NCBI GenBank assembly: GCA_963749085.1 | Contig: CAVVLG010000002.1 | Coordinates: 229,033 to 293,032, forward strand | Direction: 5' to 3' | Length of the DNA: 64,000 nucleotides | Source: Candidatus Adlerbacteria bacterium | Lineage (GTDB): Bacteria; Patescibacteriota; Minisyncoccia; Phycocordibacterales; SBAW01 | Shown: positions 53,498 to 62,774 of the stretch, piece after piece | Position numbering within the stretch: position 1 is the first letter of the stretch | Layout: each line of letters starts with the position of its first letter | Made by a program: the position numbers and the translations under genes | Notes under the pieces: generated by a model | What the model was told of the DNA's origin: nothing | Databases searched by the model: none | What the model saw: only the letters and a program-made list of their open reading frames with translations

Positions 53498-55444
53498 TTA
53501 ACACAAAGTTAGGTTAGAACATCGTCCTACATGCGGAGCCAGCAGCAAACTTAATGCAATTCTAGGAAAATTTGAACGCGCTGCGCGGAGCGCAGCGTAT
53601 TGTTTTACGGGGGTTTCTTCAACTTTTTTATTTCGCAAAATCAGGTTCGAGCCGAAAATTTCTTGGAGGGAGGATTTTTTGGAGGGAAGGTCGCCGTTTT
53701 TTGCTATTTCATCAAGCATTTGTGCTTTGTTTATCCACTCGCGCATAGGTTCGAGCCACGGGTGTTGGCCTCTTTGAGACTTGGCTATAACCTCCTCCAG
53801 CGATCTGCACTCCGACATGAGCGCGGCTCGTCGTTTTAGATACTCCGGCCGCTCAACATCCTGATCTATAAACGTGGTTGTAAGGCGGTCGAGTTTACGG
53901 CTGATATCCGCAACCTTGTCCCGTAGACTGGAAACGAAGGCCGCCGCCGTGCGCGAAGTAGCTCTCTCGTCCTCGTCCGCAAGTTTGAATAGTCCTTGCG
54001 CCCAGTCCTCCGGCATTGTGTAGTGCGATAGTATCTCGGAGAGATCGGTAATGAGGACTTCTTCTCTGACGTAGAGTTGGGAACAACGAACCGAAAGATT
54101 TTTCTTCGTACAGCGATAATAGGTGTGGCCTTTCTGAACTTCGGCCGTGATCATGCAACCGCACTCACCACACCGGAGTAAGCCGCAAAGTATCTTCGGC
54201 TCTTTGTCTGGCTTCTGTGGATGTCCACGACGGACAAGGATCGTCTGCACTTTATCGAAAAGTTCTTTGTCTATGAGTGGGGTGTGCTTGCCCTCGTATG
54301 TCTCTCCGGCATAGCGAAAATGTCCGTAGTAAAAAGGATTGGAAAGAATAAACTTCGCTCGATCTTTTTGTAGCCGATTGCCGTAAATGCTCGTAACGCC
54401 GTTGTTGTATAGGAACTGTGAAATATCTTCAAGTCGAGAGTTGCCTTTGGCGTATAGCTCAAAGGCGGCTCTGATAAATCTAGCCTTCTTGCGATCAACG
54501 ACGATGGTTTTAGCCCGCACATCGTTTAAGTAGCCCGCCGGAGCCGTACCGGGGAAATGCCCGATGGCCGCCTTATGACGTAGCCCACGGCTCGTATTTG
54601 CGCTTAGGTCGCGTATAAACTGGTTAGCCATACCGAACTCTACGGACATCATAAGCACGTTGTCGTTCGAGACGTGGCTTCTATCATGCGTTTGGATATG
54701 CCGTATCGTCCCCTGCTGCAACAGCCAACTTATCTGTCCGCCGTCCACCGGATTGCGAGCAAGACGATCCAACTTCCAACAGATGATGCCCTGTGCCTCG
54801 CCCTGCTGTATCCGATTAAGCATTTCATTAAAGACAGGACGGCCGGGCATCTTAGCCGTTTTCTTCTCTACAAATTCTGCTGCGACGTTTAAACCTGCGC
54901 TTTTCGCGAGCGAACGAAGTTCTGCTAGTTGGCCTTCAATCGAGAGGACTTGCTTGTCCTCGACATCAGTGGATTTGCGGGCATAGAGGAAGTAGTGGGA
55001 CATAGGTACTGAAGCCATGACTTCATATAGAAGACGACTTTTGAGAGCGAGCGTAAGACAAACTCGGAATTGTGAAATCATCAGGGCGTGGGCGATGAGC
55101 GGCGAGGTATGCTTCAATTCCTGCACGCGGCGCAAAATTCCTTGCCGCTCCTGCGCGTCCTTTGCCAACACCTCAACGCCCTTTCGGTCGAGAGAATAGA
55201 CGACGTGGGCGGACGCTAGGTTTGCCGCTTTTTGAACCTTCGGCCGATCAAGGTAGCCATGCTGGAAAAGAAGGCTGAGGCGGTTCCCGATGCCTCGGTC
55301 GCTCCCTTCGTGTAGAGACACAAGTTGCTCCGTATTCAAAAAGCGGTACTCGGCCACATCGGAGAGGATTGCGGTGTCGCGGGGCTGTAATCTGAGGGGG
55401 TCGGCTTCACCTCGAACGAACTTTTGACGACGTGGTTTAGGCAT
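53498..55444 (-). CDS. large serine recombinase (resolvase catalytic domain + recombinase domain + zinc ribbon + coiled coil) with a roughly 140-aa N-terminal extension
   Basis: Catalytic YARKSTDVEDKQVLSIEGQ (Ser nucleophile). ICWKLDRLARN. CGLLRCGECGCMITA zinc ribbon. C-terminal coiled coil. An in-frame alternative start (MASVPMSHY, 55018) would remove the N-terminal extension. Confidence 0.75.
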   Translation of the reverse strand: MPKPRRQKFVRGEADPLRLQPRDTAILSDVAEYRFLNTEQLVSLHEGSDRGIGNRLSLLFQHGYLDRPKVQKAANLASAHVVYSLDRKGVEVLAKDAQERQGILRRVQELKHTSPLIAHALMISQFRVCLTLALKSRLLYEVMASVPMSHYFLYARKSTDVEDKQVLSIEGQLAELRSLAKSAGLNVAAEFVEKKTAKMPGRPVFNEMLNRIQQGEAQGIICWKLDRLARNPVDGGQISWLLQQGTIRHIQTHDRSHVSNDNVLMMSVEFGMANQFIRDLSANTSRGLRHKAAIGHFPGTAPAGYLNDVRAKTIVVDRKKARFIRAAFELYAKGNSRLEDISQFLYNNGVTSIYGNRLQKDRAKFILSNPFYYGHFRYAGETYEGKHTPLIDKELFDKVQTILVRRGHPQKPDKEPKILCGLLRCGECGCMITAEVQKGHTYYRCTKKNLSVRCSQLYVREEVLITDLSEILSHYTMPEDWAQGLFKLADEDERATSRTAAAFVSSLRDKVADISRKLDRLTTTFIDQDVERPEYLKRRAALMSECRSLEEVIAKSQRGQHPWLEPMREWINKAQMLDEIAKNGDLPSKKSSLQEIFGSNLILRNKKVEETPVKQYAALRAARSNFPRIALSLLLAPHVGRCSNLTLC

Positions 55445-55709
55445 GGCAATTACCCTAGATTATACGACTTTCAGACCCCCTCAAACGAGGCCTTCCTCCT
55501 TCCCGTCCTATCCTTTTTCGCAGTTCACCCCCCACACACGAGCAAAAAAGAGACAGCAGGACGGAAGGAGAAGGCCGAGCCACCCAAACACGAACCCGCG
55601 ACATTTCACGAGGGAACGCCACGGGGGCGTTCCGGAGTGAAGTAGGGGTTGAGATTTTTTTGGGCAAGGATTGAAAAGCCCTGCGTTGAAGCCAATATCG
55701 AGAGGAGCT

Positions 55710-55756
55710 ACCCCTACATTCCGGCATAGGTCGAATGTAGGGGTGAATGTAGGGGT
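55710..55756. repeat. 12-bp motif present as one inverted copy plus two tandem direct copies (ACCCCTACATTC-11 nt-GAATGTAGGGGT GAATGTAGGGGT); candidate recombinase or regulator binding sites
   Basis: Read directly: 55710-55721 (inverted), 55733-55744 and 55745-55756 (direct). An additional partial copy AAGTAGGGGTT at about 55642-55652. Confidence 0.6.
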
Positions 55757-56115
55757 AAATCACGCCGGATTTCCCATAAAAAACGGTCGAGTTTCCGTGT
55801 AGAGATGAGCCCAGTTGGACAGGTAGCCACTTCGAGGACGGCATCAAAGGGCTTTCGCAGTGTAAACGCTAGCCTTTTCCCACTTACGGTCGGGTTCTGA
55901 AGTAGATAATTCAAAAACGCTCGTTTTTCGTGCGGTTCAGAACTGGCGAAGATTTGGCCCATCCGGCGGGATATAGAAAAGACCTGAGCGATAACGAGTT
56001 TGTAGTCGTGATCCGCTCTCATGTGCTCTTCGGCTTCGATATTAAGCTGGTACTGCTTGTCTTTCGTCTCTTGCAGTTTTTTGTCATAGTCGCCCTTAGT
56101 AATACCCCGATCCAA
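55714..56115 (-). pseudogene. C-terminal fragment of a second large serine recombinase gene (no catalytic domain)
   Basis: EKRAFLNYLLQNPTVSGKRLAFTLRKPFD parallels the C-terminal segment SSLQEIFGSNLILRNKKVEETPVKQY of the intact recombinase and of this family generally. It lacks the resolvase and zinc-ribbon regions. Confidence 0.4.
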
Positions 56116-56315
56116 ACTGTACGGTGAAGGGTTGCAAGCTGCTGGTCATTCCCGACGACGTCGTGCACGAGGGGGAGATCCATGCGAAGGACCCGAAGGA
56201 TGACACTCTGCCGGAGTTCGACGCCATGCGCCGTGAAGGAGTGCTCTTTATCTACCTTGGACAGCCCTCGTGCTTCTGGCCGCCCGGGGAAACCGACCAG
56301 TGAAGGGAGGACGCC

Positions 56316-56507
56316 ATGAGAGCCAACGGCTTTCACACGCTCGATCCGGTGAAGGAAATCTGCGCCAATCCCCTCTGCCGGAAATCGCTGTATGTCGAGG
56401 GTGACTTGGTGCACGCGTGGAAATGCGGCGGCAAGTTCTACTGCTCCGAGTTCTGCGCCGACAACGACGATGAGAACGGCGATGATGCGCCACATGCACA
56501 TCAGTGA
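56316..56507 (+). CDS. small Cys-rich (zinc-ribbon-like) protein (63 aa)
   Basis: GAAGGGAGG RBS. CANPLCRK…CGGKFYCSEFC. Acidic tail. Confidence 0.4.
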   Translation: MRANGFHTLDPVKEICANPLCRKSLYVEGDLVHAWKCGGKFYCSEFCADNDDENGDDAPHAHQ

Positions 56508-56777
56508 CCGCGCTCCGAGAACGGTAACAAGGCCGGTCGATTTCCGAGATACATCCTCAGAAACGACCGGCCTTTACTCTTTGAGATGAGGCAGCTCTTT
56601 TGCCTCGCGCTCCTGTTGCAGTTGAGCATCGTACTCGAACAGCCGCATGCGCTCCTCCTGCATCAGCGACTGGGTGAAGAGCTGCGATGCTCCTAACTCA
56701 CCGCTTTTATTGAGCCGTTTCCATTCTTCGTATAATTCTTTTCCTGACCGCTCGGATTGCATATTCCCACTTTATCA

Positions 56778-57068
56778 TCATGCCCTCTCCGCGGGCGAGA
56801 GGCCACCCAATGCCTTGTGCGGAAAGTAGTTCCACGCATCCGTAAGCGCCTCGACGATGGTGCCGAGTTCAATCGCGCCCTGTCCGGTGTCGAACATGGC
56901 GATGAGCGCAGTAAAGTCGTCGCTTTCCTCTTCCTCGTAGATAGCCACCTTGATGTGTTCCAGACTGAAGTCGCTGCCGGTGTTGCGCAGATGCTCTTCA
57001 AGCTCCTGCTCGATCTCGTGGCGCTTTGCCAGTATCTGCTCCTTCGTTTTGCGCTTCATGTGCCGCAT
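56778..57068 (-). CDS. hypothetical protein (96 aa)
   Basis: Start taken at MRHMKRK. Followed on the same strand by a 62-aa ORF (56574..56762). Confidence 0.3.
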   Translation of the reverse strand: MRHMKRKTKEQILAKRHEIEQELEEHLRNTGSDFSLEHIKVAIYEEEESDDFTALIAMFDTGQGAIELGTIVEALTDAWNYFPHKALGGLSPAERA

Positions 57069-57206
57069 TATACACGGCACAATCGGATACGAGCAGATCA
57101 TGTTTTTCTTTTGAGAACACGCTGCTCTGCGACCTTGATATACGCATAAAAAAGAAGTACCGTCTACTTTGGAAGCGCCGTTTTACCCTCTTGAGGGAGG
57201 AGAACA

Positions 57207-57658
57207 TGGACAGATTGTTACGCAACACCTTCTTAGGGCTGCGGCACTGGAGCGGCAGGGTCACCGACTTTCCTGACGACGCGCTGCTTTGCGAGCCCTG
57301 CGGGAAGGTAGCCGCAGGAATGGAGGTGCTGCTCCAAGAAGACGTTTGGGAAGAGGGAAAGGTCTTCTGGCGAGCGCTCTGCATGGAGCGGTACAAAGGG
57401 AGAGCGAACTTCTTCCTGCACATCGCCGAGAAAGACCTGCGGCGGCGGGCGGAGGACTTTTACACTATCGTCGCCGGAGTCGCCGATGGTTTCGTCGATC
57501 ATGAGCTCCGCGAGCAGGTCGTGAGTATATGCCGGTGCCTCGTCTCGGTGTGCGACTGCTCTCTTGAAGCGCCGCACGCGCCCGAACCCGAGCCGCTCTT
57601 CTCTACGCATTTGGGGCGACCAATCCTCACGCTCGTCAGCAATGGAGCGCCGCTATGA
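57207..57658 (+). CDS. hypothetical Cys-rich protein (150 aa)
   Basis: GGGAGGAGAAC RBS. CEPCGK … CRCLVSVCDC. ATGA-coupled to a 51-codon hydrophobic ORF (57655..57810). Confidence 0.4.
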
Positions 57659-57816
57659 ATATCTGGCAGGTGCTCATCGGCGTCGAGCTGACGTTGCTTT
57701 CAGTCATCGAAATTGTCGCTCACTCCATACGCTGGCATGAGCGACATCCCGAGCAGAGCGCAGAGATTGCGCGTCAACACGAAGAACAAGACTGGCTTGA
57801 AGGCCGGTAATCAAGA

Positions 57817-57847
57817 GGCTCCGATTCGCGTCGGAGCCTTTTCTCTG
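57817..57847 (+). terminator. rho-independent terminator
   Basis: GGCTCCGA-ttcgcg-TCGGAGCC, then TTTTCTCTG. Confidence 0.6.
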
Positions 57848-57917
57848 CTCTCGTAGGGAGACATGCTGTCACTTCGTATGGTATAAGAATGCCAGACGTT
57901 CAGCAGGAGTACACTCT

Positions 57918-58448
57918 ATGGCATCAGAAGCCGAACGCGTTAATCCGGAGCAGAGCTTTCTGTCTTCCGTGCTCGCGGAGTTCGGCGCAACTCCCGAGTT
58001 GGAAACCAGATGCATTCTGAAAGGCAGCGTCAGGACGTTCCACCTCACGCTACCAGCACAGGCGGAGATGATACGGGCGAGAGCCGCTGCTGCAGGCATA
58101 CGGCTGGATCGGCCGTCTGCAATGAAAAAAGTAGCGGATGTACCCCAAGCACCCGCTCCTCCGAGACAGGAGAAAGTCCCTACTGCCTCAAGACGATACT
58201 CCGCACCGGCAAAGAGGTGGGAGCCGACCCAGCCGCCAGTGCGGCATGTCGCTCGGCGCTCCACGCCTCGGCCAGTGAGGCCCGGCACTAACATAACCGT
58301 GGAGAGATGGGACGAGAATGTCTTGCGTTTCGTGCTCGACTCCGTATCTCCGGAGAGGTACCGGGAGTTATGGAGGCTCGGACTGCTCAAGCATCAAATG
58401 CTGGGTGCCAAGAAGCCCGAGCACTTGCCGATGCCGGAGGACACATAG
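57918..58448 (+). CDS. hypothetical protein (176 aa), Pro/Arg-rich middle region
   Basis: An ORF with a terminator just downstream (58470..58503). No domain recognised. Confidence 0.35.
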   Translation: MASEAERVNPEQSFLSSVLAEFGATPELETRCILKGSVRTFHLTLPAQAEMIRARAAAAGIRLDRPSAMKKVADVPQAPAPPRQEKVPTASRRYSAPAKRWEPTQPPVRHVARRSTPRPVRPGTNITVERWDENVLRFVLDSVSPERYRELWRLGLLKHQMLGAKKPEHLPMPEDT

Positions 58449-58469
58449 AAAAGCAGGTTTACTTACTCA

Positions 58470-58503
58470 ATGCCGCCTGACAGAAAGGGCGGCATTTTTC
58501 TCT
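58470..58503 (+). terminator. rho-independent terminator
   Basis: ATGCCGCC-(10-nt loop)-GGCGGCAT, then TTTTTC. Confidence 0.5.
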
Positions 58504-58579
58504 ACCAGGAAACCCCGTGCGAGTTGGCCGTCGCCAGAACTCCTTTAGGCCTCTTCGAGCACGGGGTTTCCTGGTAGAG
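58500..58579. repeat. perfect 21-bp inverted repeat CTCTACCAGGAAACCCCGTGC / GCACGGGGTTTCCTGGTAGAG separated by 38 nt
   Basis: Arms at 58500-58520 and 58559-58579 are exact reverse complements. The spacer itself contains a nested imperfect hairpin (GAGTTGGC…GCCAGAACTC). Flanked by terminators on both sides. Confidence 0.7.
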
Positions 58580-58585
58580 AAAAAA

Positions 58586-58617
58586 GGACAGCATTGCTGC
58601 TGTCCTTACTGTTTTTG
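58586..58617. terminator. rho-independent terminator (A-run / hairpin / T-run; bidirectional)
   Basis: AAAAAAGGACAGC-attgct-GCTGTCCT, then TACTGTTTTT. Confidence 0.5.
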
Positions 58618-59089
58618 CCGATTGGCGATCACAGCAGATTGGTGAAGTGGTTGAGGGTGGCTAAAAGTGCCGGGGCACCGAAGCCGATGATAAACAACCA
58701 TCTCGCTGTTGACATTGTCTCCTCCTTCGCAGCCGCTATCGCGGCAAAAGTGGCAGTTCCTTCTGTCCAACGCTTGAGCGGTTCCGGCCGAACCGCTCTA
58801 CGACCCTGCCGATGTCGCCCTTGATGTCAGGCGGCGTGTCGGGTTCAAGGCCCATCGCCACCAGCGTGTCGAGGATAGCAGGATCAAGGCAGTGCCCTTC
58901 GAGAAGGAGATCCAGATTGTCCTTCATGCACTCGACTCGCTGCGGTGTCCACGGCCTTGCCTTCTTACCCATCAGTCTTCTCCCTAGGGTTGGTACGCCA
59001 AACTAATCCGGGTTTAATTATGCGGTATCTTGACCTCTCTGTCAAATATGCTATTGTTTCTCTCAGAAGCATCCACATAGGAGAGCCTG

Positions 59090-59545
59090 ATGCGAGATGG
59101 CGAACCGCAGATATACACGTCCCTTGCGACACTACGCAACGGATACATGCAGACGCAGTGGAGCCGGGTGCAGATGTTTCTCGTCTTCAACACCATCGCG
59201 CTTCCACTGGTCTTCGGCATCGTCCAAACCACGCAGCCGGAGTTGCTGAGGTTCGTCATCAGCGTAGTCGGTGCATGGATGCACGTTGTGCTCCTGAACT
59301 CGACTCTGCGTGCCGACAATTGGATTAAATATCTCGATGAGCGAATGGTTGAACTGGAACAACTCGACCACGAGGACCAGAACTTAAACGGCGTCCGGGT
59401 ACATCCGTTCAGCCACCAAGACTTTGCGACCATCCGGCACAGCTGGTCCGCGAGCCGCAGGCTGTTCGGTATTGTTGGTCTGGCAATCGCCGGCCTATGG
59501 ATCGAGGAAGCCATCCGGCACGGATACATCCTCTTTCATCACTAA
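59090..59545 (+). CDS. hypothetical membrane protein (151 aa)
   Basis: GGAGAG RBS. Followed by a 45-codon hydrophobic ORF (59567..59704) with an AAGGAG RBS. Confidence 0.4.
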   Translation: MRDGEPQIYTSLATLRNGYMQTQWSRVQMFLVFNTIALPLVFGIVQTTQPELLRFVISVVGAWMHVVLLNSTLRADNWIKYLDERMVELEQLDHEDQNLNGVRVHPFSHQDFATIRHSWSASRRLFGIVGLAIAGLWIEEAIRHGYILFHH

Positions 59546-60169
59546 CGCCAGCATAAGGAGAAAGCTATGGCGTCGAACACACACACCTCAACCGAAGTGA
59601 ACAACTGGTTGCTCAGGATCGTCACGCCTCTTGGCTATGCCATAGGCGTCGGAGGCCCCGTTATCGTCATCATCCTCGCTGTCCTCGGCAAACTGCCGTC
59701 CTGACCTTATACGTGCGGGGTCAAAATCAAGAGCAACGACAGTGCCGACTTCTTAGTCGCTCAGACAGGAGGATGGGTACGTCGCTGAGGACGTAGCTCC
59801 TCTTTACTGATTGATGCCGTCTTAGCATATTGCTGGGACGGCTTTTTTCTTTCCTTATCTCTCCACCAATCTCGGTATCGTTACCGTGAGCCACTGCATT
59901 TCCTGCTCAATCTCTCTCCAATCTACCAATCTGAACTTGTCCTTGTAGCGGAGCAGACTGGGAGAAAAAGAAATGACCCTCGTGCTGCAATAAGCGGCTG
60001 TTTTACGAGGGTCAAGGGTTTTTAGAAAAAAATAAAATGTTCATCCTCCCTCTCCTTGAGGCGGAAAGAAACAACGTGGCGAATCCGATCCCATAGGATA
60101 GACGAACATGACGCCCTCTTTGGTGGGTGTTGGTTCCCCCCAATGGATTATGTCCTCTGGCACTCTTTC

Positions 60170-60445
60170 TCACTTTTGCTGAACGGGGTTGTACCAGTCC
60201 CATCCATCCGAACCGTCTTTGGCGGGGCGAAAATGAGTCTTGATGATTTCGGCTCCTTCGCAACAGGAGCATTGGTCGGTGGCAGACATCATGGGGCAGA
60301 TGCGTTTGGTTGCGGTAGGCATGACCATTTGTTTATCGGCCCATCCGTAATAGGGTGAACTACTCCAATCTCGCACTTGTGTCTCCCCTTGAAGAAGAGA
60401 CGACAAGACGAACAAAAGTGTCAGTTGACGCGGCGTCTGTAGCAT
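60170..60445 (-). CDS. small secreted Cys-rich protein (91 aa)
   Basis: A signal-peptide-like N-terminus, then ICPMMSATDQCSCCEGAEI. Confidence 0.3.
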   Translation of the reverse strand: MLQTPRQLTLLFVLSSLLQGETQVRDWSSSPYYGWADKQMVMPTATKRICPMMSATDQCSCCEGAEIIKTHFRPAKDGSDGWDWYNPVQQK

Positions 60446-60968
60446 AGGTCCTCCTTCTCAAGGTACTGAGGTTGAAGCATCCGACGCAGCCTTCGGAGCA
60501 TCACTCACGGTGCGGCACTGGGCATTTTCTGGTCACATCCTTTGGCGGAAGGCCCATATGCTTTCTTTCTTCATCCCGTAACTCAACCTGGATGAATCGT
60601 TTTATGGCCAAACGGTTCAGAGGAAGCATCCTCGCAGCGCGGCGGGCAAGCACTTCATGCGTTATAGCAGTATCCAGCGAGCGAAGAATGCGGGAGGCTC
60701 GCAGGAGGGCTGCAACTTTTTCCTCACGCGTTGCACGGCCGATTTTGGTTGACTTGTCGAGAGCCTTATCATACATAGACCATCTCCTGTATGCGCGGAA
60801 TATCCAGTCTTTCACTACCATACCAAGGCACTCGACCGCTCGCAAACCTCACTCAAAAGCTCCAAAACGTCCCTACAAGGCCTCAAGGCCTTTACCTACC
60901 TTCTCGTTACTGTCTGTATATATCTAATCCCCTTGCCTCCCCCGGCCACCCACGTACAATGAGGAGCA

Positions 60969-61961
60969 ATGGGAATCATCAACGGTGGGAGCAATACAGA
61001 CCCAAACAAGATCCTGCCGATGAAATATCCGTGGGCACGCACGCACTATAAAAAAGGGGTGGCCAACAACTGGGTGCCCGAGGAGGTCTCCATGCAGCAG
61101 GACGTGGAGCTCTGGAAAAAGCAAGGAGGCCTCAGCGAGGATGAGCGCCGTATGATTCTCTGGAATCTCGGTTTTTTCTCGACCGCCGAGTCCCTGACCG
61201 CCAACAACATCGTGCTCGCCATCTACCGCCATATCACCAACCCCGAGTCGAGGCAGTATCTTCTGCGCCAGGCGTATGAGGAGGCGGTACACACCGACAC
61301 CTTCATCTACTGCTGCGATACCTTGGGCCTCAACCCGGATGATATCTATAACATGTACCAAACCATTCCCTCGATAAAGGAGAAAGATGATTTCGTGGTC
61401 GATATGACCAAGTCAGTGTTTGATCCGAATTTCTCCACTGTGGGCACCGAAAACATACAGAAGTTCGTGCACGACCTCGTCGGCTACTACGTCATCATGG
61501 AGGGTATTTTCTTTTATGCCGGTTTCGTCATGATGCTCTCCATGCTGCGCAAGAACCGCATGGTGGGTGTGGGGGAAATGTTCCAGTTCATCTTGCGCGA
61601 CGAGTCGGTGCATCTCGCCTTCGGCGCCGATCTGACCAATACCATCGTGGCGGAGAATCCGGAGATCTGGACGCCCGAATTCAAGAAAACACTAGAAAAA
61701 AATATTCTGCGCGGGGTGGAGCTGGAGAAAAAATATGCCGATGACGCGCTGCCGCGCGGCATCGTGGGGCTCGCTCCCGCTTCAGTCAAGCAGTACATCG
61801 AGCACATCGCCGACCGGAGGCTCGAGCGCATAGGGCTGGAGCGGCAATACCACAAGGACAACCCCTTCCCCTGGATGTCTGAGATCATGGATATGCCGAA
61901 GGAGAAAAATTTCTTCGAGACGAGGGTGACGGAATATAAAACAGGAGAGCTGGATTGGTAA
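60969..61961 (+). CDS. nrdB: ribonucleoside-diphosphate reductase small (beta) subunit, class I
   Basis: GAGGAG RBS. Di-iron ligand motifs EEAVH and RDESVH (E-x-x-H twice). KYPWA…NNWVPEEV N-terminal pattern. 330 aa. Confidence 0.8.
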   Translation: MGIINGGSNTDPNKILPMKYPWARTHYKKGVANNWVPEEVSMQQDVELWKKQGGLSEDERRMILWNLGFFSTAESLTANNIVLAIYRHITNPESRQYLLRQAYEEAVHTDTFIYCCDTLGLNPDDIYNMYQTIPSIKEKDDFVVDMTKSVFDPNFSTVGTENIQKFVHDLVGYYVIMEGIFFYAGFVMMLSMLRKNRMVGVGEMFQFILRDESVHLAFGADLTNTIVAENPEIWTPEFKKTLEKNILRGVELEKKYADDALPRGIVGLAPASVKQYIEHIADRRLERIGLERQYHKDNPFPWMSEIMDMPKEKNFFETRVTEYKTGELDW

Positions 61962-62413
61962 AAAGAAACGAGACCGAACAAGTCGGCCTCGGGAAATTCT
62001 GGATCAGGACGCTCGCCACTCAGCGATTTGATGGGCGGATATGCCGAGGTGATCGCAGTTGAACGTGGCCTCCGTCTCTTTAGCACGAGCTTCCAGACAG
62101 TCGAGCACTCCGCCTAAATCCAGACCCGTACTGACTTCACAGTTCGTGACCCGGTAGCGAGTCGTCGTACAGTCGACGATGCGAATCTCGAAATATTCAG
62201 TGCCGAAACCAAAGAGGCCTTCGTCCCAGCGCGTGCGTCTGCGTACTGTGACCGTCATACTCCCGGGCGGGTCAAGTCGCGTTGCCTGTAGCAGCTCCCG
62301 GGGTCTAGTGGTCGGTGGAGTGACACTCATGAGGTTCTCCGTGGGTGCATAACAAAGCCGAAGATACCGTAGCATAAAAAAATGGTCCGCGCTAGAGCGC
62401 AGACCGATGGCGA

Positions 62414-62731
62414 TTATTTTTTGAGGTCGTTTCGAATGGGTTCGTACGAATAACCCAGCTCCCTGCAACCAGCTTCAAGCAAGCGTAGGTGCTGTTCGAG
62501 CGCAAGGAGATTATCCTCGACCTCGACGGTCCACCCTATTTCAAAGAGTGATCCGTACGTCCTCACTGACAGCTGTAGCTTCGTCTTCCCCTCCCAAAAC
62601 CACGCGGACGGGTCGGGTATGCGATTGACCTCCACGTAGAGCGACGGCCTCAACGCAACCTGCGATTGCGTCACTCGCGCAGCCGTGGGCGATTCCCGCC
62701 CGGGAAACAAACGGATAACTTCTGAAGCCAT
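62414..62731 (-). CDS. hypothetical protein (105 aa)
   Basis: ORF only. Overlaps the next ORF (62004..62331) on the same strand. Confidence 0.25.
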   Translation of the reverse strand: MASEVIRLFPGRESPTAARVTQSQVALRPSLYVEVNRIPDPSAWFWEGKTKLQLSVRTYGSLFEIGWTVEVEDNLLALEQHLRLLEAGCRELGYSYEPIRNDLKK

Positions 62732-62774
62732 GATGCCCTCCTACTTGCCAAAGACACTATACAACTCCACTCAA

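Noticed and set aside
55608-55665. Perfect 8-bp hairpin GGAACGCC-cccgt-GGCGTTCC as a terminator
   Set aside because: No adjacent T-run in either orientation (the nearest T-run is about 30 nt away). It may be structural, but there is no support for a classic intrinsic terminator.
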